DNA of 64,000 bases. It comes from Waterburya sp. (GTDB lineage Bacteria > Cyanobacteriota > Cyanobacteriia > Cyanobacteriales > Xenococcaceae). The number at the start of each line of letters is the position of its first letter. Position 1 is the stretch's first letter. Under the pieces are notes generated by a model, which saw only the letters and a program-made list of their open reading frames with translations, was not told where the DNA came from and made no database searches. The stretch lies in the NCBI GenBank assembly GCA_965217895.1, contig CBDCJV010000002.1:1376001-1440000 (forward strand), written 5' to 3'. Shown in pieces: positions 20,475-30,712 of the stretch. The translations under genes were made by a program, and so were the position numbers.

Positions 20475-21647
20475 TTAGCAGCACACTAAAGGCGGCATTA
20501 GACGGCAAATAACCTGTTTTAAAACCATCGCTGTCCAGTCGATATCTGCCTCAATAGTATCTTTGCCCAAGGTTAAACGGATACCTCTTTTGGCAGCGGC
20601 AGCATCGTAACCCATAGCTAATAAAATGGAACTGGGATTAAGTTTGCCACTATGACAAGCAGAACCTGCACTAATACCAATTCCTGCCATATTTAGCTGA
20701 CGCACAATTGTTTTTCCCGTCACGTCTTTGGCTTGGGCAGCAAAGCGATCGCTTAAAATCAAGCTGACATGGTGAGGCAGTCTGTATAGTCTATCGCCTG
20801 TGGTTTCTAGGCAAGGATAGTCAGCCAACAAGTCAAATAGGCGATCGCGCAATCTCTGTAAACGAAAAATTTCTACGGACATTTCTACTGCTGCTAATTC
20901 TGCTGCAATTCCTAAAGCGGCGATCGCAGGTAAAGCCTGAGTTCCCGAACGAATATTCTTTTCTTGTCCACCGCCACCCAATAAAGGTGCAAGCTGAATA
21001 CCACGACGAATATATAACGCCCCTGCACCCTGGACACCATAAATTTTATGAGAGGAAAGAGATAATAAATCTACTCCTAACTGCTCTACATCAATTGGCA
21101 AACGCCCTGCAACCTGCACTGCATCAGTATGAAACAAGCTACCATGATCTCTCGTTATTTGGGCTAATCGTTCTATCGGTTGCAGCGTACCAACTTCACT
21201 TTGTCCATGGATAATTGAGACTAAAACTGTGTTTTTTTGGAGAGAAGCCTGTAAATCTAGGGGATTGACTCTACCGTATTGGTTAACGGGCAATCTTGTT
21301 ATCTGCCAACCCCATTTTTCTAAAAGCTTGGCAGGTTCGTTAATTGCTGAATGCTCAACGCTAGAAATTATTAGATGCTGGGGAGTAGAATATTGTCTAG
21401 CAACTCCTAAGATAGCTAAATTATCTGCTTCTGTTCCTCCAGAGGTAAAAACAATCGATTCTGGATAAAGAGCATTCAGTAAGCTAGCTACCTGTAATCT
21501 AGCTGTTTCGATAACTGTGGCTGCTCTTTGTCCCCAATTATGCAGACTCGAAGGATTACCCCATTGCTGCTGCAATACAGTTTGGGCTAGGGCGATCGCT
21601 TCTGGACGCGGTTTAGTTGTCGCGCTGTTGTCTAAATAAATCTGCAT
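20475..21647 (-). CDS. Cysteine desulfurase (IscS/NifS-like)
   Basis: IYLDNSATT, PLP lysine in SSHKIYG and catalytic SAGSAC. Confidence 0.92.
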   Translation of the reverse strand: MQIYLDNSATTKPRPEAIALAQTVLQQQWGNPSSLHNWGQRAATVIETARLQVASLLNALYPESIVFTSGGTEADNLAILGVARQYSTPQHLIISSVEHSAINEPAKLLEKWGWQITRLPVNQYGRVNPLDLQASLQKNTVLVSIIHGQSEVGTLQPIERLAQITRDHGSLFHTDAVQVAGRLPIDVEQLGVDLLSLSSHKIYGVQGAGALYIRRGIQLAPLLGGGGQEKNIRSGTQALPAIAALGIAAELAAVEMSVEIFRLQRLRDRLFDLLADYPCLETTGDRLYRLPHHVSLILSDRFAAQAKDVTGKTIVRQLNMAGIGISAGSACHSGKLNPSSILLAMGYDAAAAKRGIRLTLGKDTIEADIDWTAMVLKQVICRLMPPLVCC

Positions 21648-21941
21648 ACGGTTATAGTCTTTATCTTTAAATCTACTCTTAATTTTGCTGAGTTATGCTG
21701 CCTAATTTGTCAGCTCAATCTTATTTTCTCTTGTCAAGGCGATTTTACACTACTCACTCAGATATATTTTTATGCTAAATTCTCTTGGCGTAGGTCACTT
21801 GGCTGTTTAGTAGGTAGTAGGTAATTTTCTTTGACTACAAACTACGAACGACTAACTACAAACTCAATGTTTAAGATGCTTTTTCCAATCGGATTTAGTT
21901 TTAGAGCATCAAGCAGGGTTAATATTTATTTTTGTAAAAGA

Positions 21942-22802
21942 TTATCTAAATAAAACAACAGGTATACGGGAACTGCGAAGCATTTGAGCCGTAGTGCTAC
22001 CAATAACCAAATGACGAATACGACTATGACCATAAGCACCCATTAAGAGAAAATTAATATTTTTCTGGGCGATATACTTTTCCATTTCTGGTTCTGGGTT
22101 GCCCTGTAGCACTTCACATATAGGATTAAATCCCACTGTCTTAACTACTTCTGAGGCAGTCAACAAGTGTTTTCTGGCGGTTTCTTGGTCGCGCTTGGTC
22201 ACACAGACTATATGTAATTCTAAGTCGCTAAACTCAGACATTTCAGCCAAATAATCTAAAGCTTTTTGACAGCTTTGACCTCCATCGTAAGCTAATAAAA
22301 TGCGCTTAATTGGTTTAAATTCTTTAGGAGTAACTAAGCAGGGTTTATGGCTGGCGCGCACAATACGTTCCATGTTTGCGCCTAAGTGTTCGCTGGCAAA
22401 GTTAGCGTTTTCTCCCCGCTTGCCTAAAATAATTAAATCACTATCAGTTTCTAGCTTGTGGAATAAATCAACCAAAAAACCTGTTTCGTGAGTCAGTTTA
22501 ACCTCATCAATATGGCGATCGCTAAAAAACTGCTTGGCTTCTTCGAGGATAATTTTCGCTCTTTGATGGTTAATCTTAGCTCTAGCTGATTCTAGCTCTA
22601 CCAACTCACTTAAAAGCTGCTGATAGGAATCAACGCCGATACTACCAGAGAAATCGGCAGCCTGAGTCGCCTGTTCTCCACGGCGGTCGGTTACATATAG
22701 GATTTCAATAGCAAATGGCTTGCGTTTTGCCAGCCATGCTGCATACTCATAGCTTACTTGAGAATACGCAGAACCATCGGTGCATAAAAGAATTTTTTTC
22801 AT
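21942..22802 (-). CDS. Tandem-domain universal stress protein
   Basis: KILLCTDGS and RILLAYDG; GAYGHSR...GSTT. Confidence 0.9.
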   Translation of the reverse strand: MKKILLCTDGSAYSQVSYEYAAWLAKRKPFAIEILYVTDRRGEQATQAADFSGSIGVDSYQQLLSELVELESARAKINHQRAKIILEEAKQFFSDRHIDEVKLTHETGFLVDLFHKLETDSDLIILGKRGENANFASEHLGANMERIVRASHKPCLVTPKEFKPIKRILLAYDGGQSCQKALDYLAEMSEFSDLELHIVCVTKRDQETARKHLLTASEVVKTVGFNPICEVLQGNPEPEMEKYIAQKNINFLLMGAYGHSRIRHLVIGSTTAQMLRSSRIPVVLFR

Positions 22803-23032
22803 GTCGCACTTCGCTTTTAGTTTACCCAACTTTGTACCTTAAAAAGAGTAGTAGACCGTCACTTACTACTTGATTAATAAAACCCATGATTTAAGCTAGA
22901 GTCACTACTATTCTCGGTTCTCATCAACTCAAATAATCTTTCTCAGCACATATTATTCCGTATTATGCCAGGAAAAGTTAAAAAACAGCGGAAAAAACCA
23001 GAATAGATTACCCAAAAAAGTGGCTTAATCAT

Positions 23033-23074
23033 AATGCTCTGGTCGCGATAGAAATTCATCGCGACCAGAGCATT
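23033..23074. repeat. Perfect 17-bp inverted repeat in a divergent intergenic region
   Basis: AATGCTCTGGTCGCGAT-N8-ATCGCGACCAGAGCATT. Confidence 0.85.
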
Positions 23075-23181
23075 CAATTTATAGAATTTTGAGCGTTTCT
23101 ATTAAAAGGGAGCAAATCACAACTGATTGATAGTTGGGCAATTTAAACTTGAAATAACATTTTTACAGCATCAAATATAAG

Positions 23182-23916
23182 ATGAATTTTTCTAACTTAC
23201 AGCTACATTTTTTATCTAAAGTCTTGTCCCCAACGGGAGTAATCTTATTAGATGTAGAAAACTTTCCATTCAAATTGGATTTAGCACAAAATCTCAAGTC
23301 ACATTGCCAATATCCCGTAACAATCAAATTTGCAGTAGCAAATTGGTTTAACAGTAGTATTGCCAAACTAGACAAATATTTGCATCAGCAAGGATACCAA
23401 TTAATCCATGTACCTAAAGAAAAAAATGCTGCTGATGCGCAAATTCTTACTCTAGGAAGTTCTTTACTATTACAGTATCCTCAAGTAAAAGAGGTAACTG
23501 TAGTTTCTCACGACTCAATTTTTAATTGTTTACATCAAACTTTACAAAGGCAAGGATGTAATACTTACAAAGTTTATCAGCATTCAGGAAATATTTATAT
23601 ACATGATTTTGCTAATAATCGTGCCTCAGTAATGTCTACAATTTCTAATTCTCAGCAAGAGCAAAATATTGGACATTCAATTCAAAATAAAATTGTCTTA
23701 ACTCTAAATAAGCTTACAGATGAATTAAAAGAGCCAGTCACTTTGACACAACTTTCTCAGCAATTTAAAAACGACTACCAACAATCTATCTCAGAAGTTC
23801 TCAAAAAGAATAAACTTTCCAAATCTGCATTGAGTTTTATCAAACAAAGTTGTGCAGATACAATTAATATCAAGCAAAAAAATCAAACACACTATCTTTT
23901 ACTAAAAAGCAAATAG
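23182..23916 (+). CDS. NYN/PIN-like domain protein with C-terminal OST-HTH-like region
   Basis: LLDVENF, KNAADAQI and VVSHDSIF; C-terminal helical region VTLTQLSQQFKNDY. Confidence 0.7.
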   Translation: MNFSNLQLHFLSKVLSPTGVILLDVENFPFKLDLAQNLKSHCQYPVTIKFAVANWFNSSIAKLDKYLHQQGYQLIHVPKEKNAADAQILTLGSSLLLQYPQVKEVTVVSHDSIFNCLHQTLQRQGCNTYKVYQHSGNIYIHDFANNRASVMSTISNSQQEQNIGHSIQNKIVLTLNKLTDELKEPVTLTQLSQQFKNDYQQSISEVLKKNKLSKSALSFIKQSCADTINIKQKNQTHYLLLKSK

Positions 23917-24073
23917 GCTGTTCAATTTATTAAGATTTTTGCCTTCTGGCGATCGCCAGTAATACCTAAAATAAGATACGATTAAATTTATTGGGCAATT
24001 CTCAATGTTCTCTCTTCGATTATAATACCGACTACAATATCATCCATAATCAAAACTGGTTAAGGAGTAGTCA

Positions 24074-25795
24074 GTGATCGCCAAAAAGTTTATTTTTCAA
24101 TTTTGCTTATTTTTAGGTTTAGCAATTGCAGTTACTACCTGTAGTAGTCCTCCAGATTCATCTGACAGTCAGCAAAGCAGCACTCTCAAATTACTTTACT
24201 GGCAAGCACCCACTATTCTTAATCCCCATCTCTCCACAGGGTTTAAAGATACAGAAGCTAGTCGCATTACCCTTGAGCCTTTAGCCAGTTTTAACAACAA
24301 GGGCAGCTTGATTCCTTTTTTAGCTGCTGAGATACCTAGTACAAAAAATGGCGGAGTGGCTGCTGATGGCAAGTCTGTTACCTGGAAACTTAAACAGAAT
24401 ATTAAATGGTCAGATGGTCAACCTTTTACTGCTCAGGATGTAGTTTTTACCTATCAATTTCTTAGTAACCCCAAGGTTGGGGCAGTCACTTCTGGTACTT
24501 ATGATCTGGTACAAAGTGTCGAAGCAGTTGACGACTACACGGTTAAAGTAAACTTCAAGGAAGTGAATCCCGCTTGGTCACAAGCTTTTGTTGGTGGAGA
24601 AGGGATGATCTTACCTAAGCATATTTATCAAGCTTACAATGGTGCAAACGCCAGGGAAGCACCAGCCAATCTTAAGCCTGTTGGTACAGGTGCTTATCGC
24701 GTTGTAGACTTTCGACCAGGGGATACGGTGATTTATGAACCTAATCCTGAATTTCGACAGGTAAATCGGCTAGGCTTTAAGAAAATTGAGCTTAAAGGTG
24801 GTGGTGATGCCACATCCGCAGCAAGGGCTGTACTGCAAACAGGTGATGCAGATTTTGCCTATAATCTCCAGGTTGAAGCCCCTATACTAAAAGAACTTGA
24901 AGCAGCAAAACAAGGGGTAGTAGTCTCTAACTATGGCGCGCTGATGGAACGAATTGTAATTAACCACAGCGATCCTAATAAAGTAGCTCCATCGGGAGAA
25001 CGTTCAAGCATCAAGTTTCCCCATCCCTTTTTAAGCGATCGCCACGTTCGTCAAGCTTTAAACTTAGCCACAGACAGAGATATTATTGCCGAACAGCTAT
25101 ATGGCGTTACGGGGAAAGCCACTCCTAACTTTTTAGTCGCCCCACCAGAATATGCTTCAGCTAATACCAGTTATGAATATAATCCAGCAAAAGCTAAAGA
25201 ACTATTAGACCAAGCAGGCTGGAAAGATACCAATGGTAACGGCATCCGTGATAAAAATGGTACTGAGATGCAGATGGTGTTCCAAACTTCGGTCAATCCT
25301 CTGCGTCAAAAAACGCAAACGGTAGTCAAGCAGGGTTTACAGTCTATCGGCGTAGGAGTCGAGCTAAAAAGCATCGATCCCAGCGTCTATTTTTCTAGCG
25401 ATGCTAGCAATAATGACACGGTAGAGCATTTTTATGCCGATCTACAAATGTATACCACGGGCAATACTAGTCCCGATCCTGGTGCTTATATGAACTTTAT
25501 GACCTGCAAACAAATTCCTCAAAAAGCTAACAACTGGTCAGGAGACAACAATTCTCGCTACTGTAACCCTGAATACGATCGCCTGTGGCAAGAAGCCAGT
25601 CAAGAGCTAGATCTTCAAAAGCGTACTCAATTGTTTATTGCCATGAATGATCTGTTGATTAAAGATGTAGCAGTTATTCCCTTGGTTCATCGGGCTGATG
25701 TTGCTGCCTTTAGTAATAGTCTGACTGGCTATCAATTGACCGCCTGGGATATGCGAACTTGGGACATCATGAACTGGAAAAGGAAAGAACAGTAA
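24074..25795 (+). CDS. Peptide/nickel ABC transporter substrate-binding lipoprotein (family 5)
   Basis: Lipobox-like VTTC; KWSDGQPFTAQDV; PVGTGAY. Confidence 0.9.
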   Translation: MIAKKFIFQFCLFLGLAIAVTTCSSPPDSSDSQQSSTLKLLYWQAPTILNPHLSTGFKDTEASRITLEPLASFNNKGSLIPFLAAEIPSTKNGGVAADGKSVTWKLKQNIKWSDGQPFTAQDVVFTYQFLSNPKVGAVTSGTYDLVQSVEAVDDYTVKVNFKEVNPAWSQAFVGGEGMILPKHIYQAYNGANAREAPANLKPVGTGAYRVVDFRPGDTVIYEPNPEFRQVNRLGFKKIELKGGGDATSAARAVLQTGDADFAYNLQVEAPILKELEAAKQGVVVSNYGALMERIVINHSDPNKVAPSGERSSIKFPHPFLSDRHVRQALNLATDRDIIAEQLYGVTGKATPNFLVAPPEYASANTSYEYNPAKAKELLDQAGWKDTNGNGIRDKNGTEMQMVFQTSVNPLRQKTQTVVKQGLQSIGVGVELKSIDPSVYFSSDASNNDTVEHFYADLQMYTTGNTSPDPGAYMNFMTCKQIPQKANNWSGDNNSRYCNPEYDRLWQEASQELDLQKRTQLFIAMNDLLIKDVAVIPLVHRADVAAFSNSLTGYQLTAWDMRTWDIMNWKRKEQ

Positions 25796-25966
25796 TCAAT
25801 GCAGCGTTACCTTGAAATTTTACGTTTATTTAATCAGCTTATATTATGGGTTTTAGCTTATTCCAAACTCACGTTACTTAATCGAGTTAATGCCAAAATT
25901 AAAACTGCTGTGAAATTTAGCTACACTGACGGCTATGGCGTAATTTAACTAACTTTTTTAAAGACT

Positions 25967-27067
25967 ATGCAACAAATACTAAGTATTTTTAGTTTAATTC
26001 CTGGTTATTTAATAATTTTGGCAATTTTTCTGGTAATACTGCCTACTATTTTGGCAATATTATTACGTTATGCTTTGTACCGACATTTAAAGCATTTAGC
26101 AGGGAGAAGTCGGCAACTATTAGGAGGAATGAAGTTAGAATCCACTCCTAAAATTATTAGCAAATTAGAACAGAGATTTGTAGATAGTAATCTTAATCCC
26201 GACCAAATTAATACAGCTTCAGTAATTGAAGGAATCTATAGCCAGGAAAAATTTTATTTTTTGGGTATGTCTTTAGGATGCGAGTTTATTGATAGTTTGT
26301 GCCGTATTCTACCCAATTTACTGCTGTCCTTTGGACTATTAGGAACTTTTTTAGGTATTACATTTAACTTATCTAGTTTAAGTCAGACAATTACCCAGAT
26401 TAATATTAATGATGTAAGAAACTTGGTCGAACAATTAAACCAGCCTTTACAGGGTATGGGGGTAGCATTTACTACCAGTTTAATTGCGATCGCCTGTAGT
26501 TCTCTTTTGACAGTTTTAAATTTACTCTGGAATACCAATATTGTTAAAGCAGGTTTACTCAGCCATCTCGAAGACTACATCGACAATATCTATTTACCCA
26601 CAATACAGCCTGTAAGTTCTTTAGAAGAAGCGATCTCTCAATTTAGACAAGACTTTGATGGCATGGTGCATAAATTAGGAGACACAATTGAAGCATCCAT
26701 GACGAGAGCTTTTGTCCGCATCGAAAATAGCGCAGCCACCTTTGAACACGCAGCCAACACTTTTGATAATAGTCGCTTTCCTGAAAAACTTGATTCAGCT
26801 ACCAATAATCTGGCGATCGCTCAAAATCAATTTTCTCAATCTTCTCTGGTATTGCAAAAGTCTACTCTCTCTTTCGATCACAATTTAGACTCGATGCAAA
26901 AACTAACGAAAAAGTTCTTGGAATTAAATCAGCAGGTAAGCAATATTAATCAGCAATATTCCAGTTTGATTGACCTCAATAAGCAGAAAAATTTTATTGA
27001 GCAATCAGGTTTAAAAGAAATTCAACTAGAACTATCAAGACTAATTAATAAAATTCAAACCACATAG
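25967..27067 (+). CDS. MotA/TolQ/ExbB-type channel protein with long helical tail (ZorA-like)
   Basis: LPNLLLSFGLLGTFLGI and GMGVAFTTSL proton-channel motifs, followed by about 170 aa of amphipathic tail. Confidence 0.75.
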   Translation: MQQILSIFSLIPGYLIILAIFLVILPTILAILLRYALYRHLKHLAGRSRQLLGGMKLESTPKIISKLEQRFVDSNLNPDQINTASVIEGIYSQEKFYFLGMSLGCEFIDSLCRILPNLLLSFGLLGTFLGITFNLSSLSQTITQININDVRNLVEQLNQPLQGMGVAFTTSLIAIACSSLLTVLNLLWNTNIVKAGLLSHLEDYIDNIYLPTIQPVSSLEEAISQFRQDFDGMVHKLGDTIEASMTRAFVRIENSAATFEHAANTFDNSRFPEKLDSATNNLAIAQNQFSQSSLVLQKSTLSFDHNLDSMQKLTKKFLELNQQVSNINQQYSSLIDLNKQKNFIEQSGLKEIQLELSRLINKIQTT

Positions 27068-27167
27068 TACCGCTACGCGGAAGTCAGAAGTCAGAAGTCA
27101 GAAGTAATCAATCGCAAAACTTGTAAGATTTCTCGACGGTTGTTTGATTTACGCCTACGTAGAATAG
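27065..27167. repeat. Short intergenic repeat element with GAAGTCA heptamers
   Basis: TAGTACCGCTACGCG(GAAGTCA)3GAAGT...TTTACGCC, starting at the upstream stop codon. Confidence 0.55.
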
Positions 27168-27199
27168 TAACTAATTATTAATTACTAATAACTGAATGT

Positions 27200-28057
27200 A
27201 TGAATAAAAAACGGAAAATACGTAGTTATGAAGCCACAGAAAGCCTCAACGTCTGGCCTTCTTTTACAGACTTGATGGCTAATGCTTTTATGATTATTAG
27301 CCTGTTTCTTTTATTAGCTTTATTCAAGTCTTTGTTTCTCAAATATACTGCCCAAGAAACAAAGCAAAGCTTGAGTGATACTGAAAGACAGGTGCGGTTA
27401 CTTCAAAGAGAAATAGCTACTTTAGAAAATGAACTAGGAGAAAGCACTTCTAACGTGCGTCAGCTTAAAAAAGCCTCTTCCGAACTGCAAAGACTATTAC
27501 TCAGTAGCAACGAACAAAGTCGTAGTCGTGCAGATATTTTACAATCACAAATAAAGCGTTTAAAGTCTGCGCCTCCTGTGGTGGTGATTCAAGACTCTGG
27601 GGGATACCAGTTTGACTCTGGTAGTGCAAATTTACCTCAAGAATTAAAAAGCTACATCACCAAAGATCTTGTCAATCGCATTGAAAAAATTAGTCAACAG
27701 CGCAACCTCTACGTTGTTGAAATTATTGGGCATACCGATGGTCAAGTAAACTTTGGTGGGGGTAATTTAGATCAGCAGCTAGAAAAAGTAGCTCAGGGAA
27801 AAGAGCCTGTAGACAGTCTTAAACCTGGATCTAATGCCGATCTAGGCTTGATGCGCGCCCTAGAGGTGGTTAAAGAGCTACAAACGGTACAAGAGCAAAC
27901 AGGAAAACTTAAAGGAGTCCAGTTTCGCGCTTATTCAGCAGCACAAATACAGCTTCCCAATGGGGATTTTGCCCAAGTCAATCGGCAAGGCGATCCTAAC
28001 CGCCGTAGAATTGAAATTCGCTTTTCTCCACTAGGAAAAGCAGAAACTGTTCGGTAA
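27200..28057 (+). CDS. MotB/OmpA-like protein (ZorB-like)
   Basis: TM motif WPSFTDLM with the conserved Asp, a coiled-coil spacer, and peptidoglycan-binding motifs IIGHTD, NADLGLMRA and NRRRIEI. Confidence 0.8.
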   Translation: MNKKRKIRSYEATESLNVWPSFTDLMANAFMIISLFLLLALFKSLFLKYTAQETKQSLSDTERQVRLLQREIATLENELGESTSNVRQLKKASSELQRLLLSSNEQSRSRADILQSQIKRLKSAPPVVVIQDSGGYQFDSGSANLPQELKSYITKDLVNRIEKISQQRNLYVVEIIGHTDGQVNFGGGNLDQQLEKVAQGKEPVDSLKPGSNADLGLMRALEVVKELQTVQEQTGKLKGVQFRAYSAAQIQLPNGDFAQVNRQGDPNRRRIEIRFSPLGKAETVR

Positions 28058-28132
28058 ATTTTTTAGTTAAACTAGGATAATTTAGAGAAGCAAAAAGCCT
28101 GAGTAAAACTTTTATCTCTTATCTCTTTAAAG

Positions 28133-30043
28133 ATGCTCGATCCTAAAATTCCTGCTGGTAGACTACAAGACAAATGGGACAATTATAAAGATCACTGCAA
28201 GTTAGTTAGTCCTGCTAATAAAAAAAAGCATACGATTTTAATTATCGGCACAGGTTTGGCGGGTGCATCGGCTGCTGCTACCCTGGCGGAATTGGGTTAT
28301 AACATCAAAAGTTTTTGCATTCAAGATTCTCCTCGTCGCGCCCATAGTATAGCGGCACAAGGGGGCATTAACGGTGCCAAAAATTATCCTAATGACGGGG
28401 ATACGGTATGGCGATTGTTTTACGACACCATCAAAGGCGGTGACTATCGTTCTCGCGAAGCTAATGTGCATCGCTTGGCGCAGATTAGTAACCAGATTAT
28501 CGATCAGTGTGTGGCTCAAGGCGTTCCTTTTGCTAGAGAATACGGCGGGCTGTTAGGGAATCGTTCTTTTGGTGGGGCGCAGGTATCTCGTACCTTTTAT
28601 GCCAAAGGACAAACAGGACAGCAGTTATTGTTAGGAGCATATAGTGCCATGTCTCGTCAAATTGCCGAGGGCAAAATTGAGATGTTTTCCCGTCGAGAAA
28701 TGCTGAATTTAGTATTAGTTGAGGGGAAAGCACGAGGCATTATTGTTCGCAATTTAATTACGGGAGAAATAGAACGCTACGCAGGTGATGCAGTATTACT
28801 TTGTACTGGAGGCTACAGCAACGTCTTTTATCTTTCTACTAATGCTCGTAACTCAAACGTTACTGCTGCTTGGCGATGCTATAAACGCGGGGCTTTGTTT
28901 GCCAATCCTTGCTATACCCAGATTCATCCTACCTGCATTCCTGTATCGGGAGAATACCAGTCGAAGTTAACCTTAATGAGTGAGGGGTTGCGGAATGATG
29001 GCAGGGTATGGGTGCCAAAAATACCAGGAGATAAACGTCATCCCAGTCAAATTCCTGAAGCAGAAAGAGATTACTATTTAGAAACTAAATATCCCAGCTT
29101 TGGTAATCTTGTTCCTCGTGACGTGGCTTCACGGAATGCTAAACAGATTACAGATGAAGGCAGGGGAGTCGGAGAAACAGGACTAGCGGTATATCTAGAC
29201 TTTCGAGATGCTATTAAAAACTTGGGCAAAGAAATAATTAGCGATCGCTATGATAATCTATTCCAAATGTATCAACGCATCACGGGCGAAAATCCCTATG
29301 AAGTACCGATGCGTATTTATCCAGCCGTACACTACATTATGGGTGGCTTGTGGGTAGACTATAACTTGATGAGTTCTATTCCTGGTTTGCACGTCTTAGG
29401 AGAAGCCAATTTTTCCGATCACGGGGCAAATCGCCTGGGGGCAAGTGCTTTAATGCAGGGGTTAGCCGATGGTTATTTTGTCATTCCCTACACCTTAGGC
29501 AACTATATTGCTACCGCCGATTTACCATCTGTAGAAACTACCCACTCTGCCTTTGAGGAGGCAGAAGCTACGGTAAGGTCTAAAGTAAGTAAATTACTGA
29601 GTATTCAGGGAAATAAAACCGTGACTGAATTTCATCGCCAACTAGGTCATATTCTCTGGGACTATGTGGGAATGTCCCGCGATCGAGCAGGTTTGGAAAA
29701 AGCGATCGCCTTAATTTCCGACTTGAGACAAGAATACTGGCAAAACGTGATTATTCCTGGCGATAAGCAAACTTTCAATAAAAGCTTAGAATTTGCTGGA
29801 AGAGTTGCTGACTTTTTGGAATTGGGTGAACTCATGGCGCGGGATGCCCTGGCTAGAGAAGAATCCTGTGGCGCACATTTTCGCGTTGAATGTCAAACAG
29901 CAGAAGGCGAGGCACAACGCAATGATGAGCAGTTTGCTTATGTTGCAGCTTGGCAATACAAAGGGGACGAAAAGACTCCAGAGTTATATAAAGAACAGTT
30001 GGAGTTTGACAACGTGGAATTAACCCAACGTAGTTATAAGTAA
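28133..30043 (+). CDS. sdhA: Succinate dehydrogenase/fumarate reductase flavoprotein subunit
   Basis: GTGLAG, covalent-FAD His in [24 protein letters not shown] and ESCGAH. Confidence 0.9.
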   Translation: MLDPKIPAGRLQDKWDNYKDHCKLVSPANKKKHTILIIGTGLAGASAAATLAELGYNIKSFCIQDSPRRAHSIAAQGGINGAKNYPNDGDTVWRLFYDTIKGGDYRSREANVHRLAQISNQIIDQCVAQGVPFAREYGGLLGNRSFGGAQVSRTFYAKGQTGQQLLLGAYSAMSRQIAEGKIEMFSRREMLNLVLVEGKARGIIVRNLITGEIERYAGDAVLLCTGGYSNVFYLSTNARNSNVTAAWRCYKRGALFANPCYTQIHPTCIPVSGEYQSKLTLMSEGLRNDGRVWVPKIPGDKRHPSQIPEAERDYYLETKYPSFGNLVPRDVASRNAKQITDEGRGVGETGLAVYLDFRDAIKNLGKEIISDRYDNLFQMYQRITGENPYEVPMRIYPAVHYIMGGLWVDYNLMSSIPGLHVLGEANFSDHGANRLGASALMQGLADGYFVIPYTLGNYIATADLPSVETTHSAFEEAEATVRSKVSKLLSIQGNKTVTEFHRQLGHILWDYVGMSRDRAGLEKAIALISDLRQEYWQNVIIPGDKQTFNKSLEFAGRVADFLELGELMARDALAREESCGAHFRVECQTAEGEAQRNDEQFAYVAAWQYKGDEKTPELYKEQLEFDNVELTQRSYK

Positions 30044-30223
30044 CGGATGTTACGCACTCATTGATCTGTGAGAATAGGGAAAAGTAATTTGAGCATTATC
30101 TGCGGACAAGTAATTGATGATCTACTTTATTGCTAATGACGTATGCGGATTTAATGATTTAAGTTTATTATCGCTACAGTAAGGTTTAATCATCATTAAA
30201 CCAAATATTTAGTTATTCTTACC

Positions 30224-30523
30224 ATGAGGGTCAAAAATGTATGTTTTGCTCTAACTATCAATTTAGTAGCTTGGCTTAAGCCCAGTTCGACTTTTGCACT
30301 CCCGCCACCAGGAGACATTCCCGAAGAAATATTGCGTACAGAAATTATTTTAGAAGGGCGATCGCCAGTAGACGGAAAACCCTTGTCTGCGGCTGAATAC
30401 GCAGAATTACAGGCACGGTTGGCTCAAAGTGCTTTTCCCCCCGAAATTGCCCCAAATCTTCGCGAACTAATATTTTTGTTACAGCTCAGAAAATTTATTA
30501 AAACTATAATTCCTTTTTATTAA
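30224..30523 (+). CDS. Hypothetical exported protein
   Basis: Signal peptide then LPPPGDIPEEILRTEIILEGRSP. Confidence 0.7.
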   Translation: MRVKNVCFALTINLVAWLKPSSTFALPPPGDIPEEILRTEIILEGRSPVDGKPLSAAEYAELQARLAQSAFPPEIAPNLRELIFLLQLRKFIKTIIPFY

Positions 30524-30712
30524 TCCTTTTTGTCTAAAAATCAATAAACTTTTTATATACTGCTTAAAAATAGTTAAAGTATGTATACAAATGTTTTAAA
30601 AAAAACAACAAAACAAACTTAGCTGTTCAAACCAGCGTCATCTGACGTTTAGACAGCATATTTTAATAATCTCACTGCTCTAGTAAATATTTAGTTAGAT
30701 CCTGCTACTTTA

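Noticed and set aside
25967..28057. Flagellar stator (motAB) or complete Zorya system call
   Set aside because: No flagellar genes are expected in cyanobacteria and no ZorC/D/E-like gene is adjacent; reported only as ZorAB-like.
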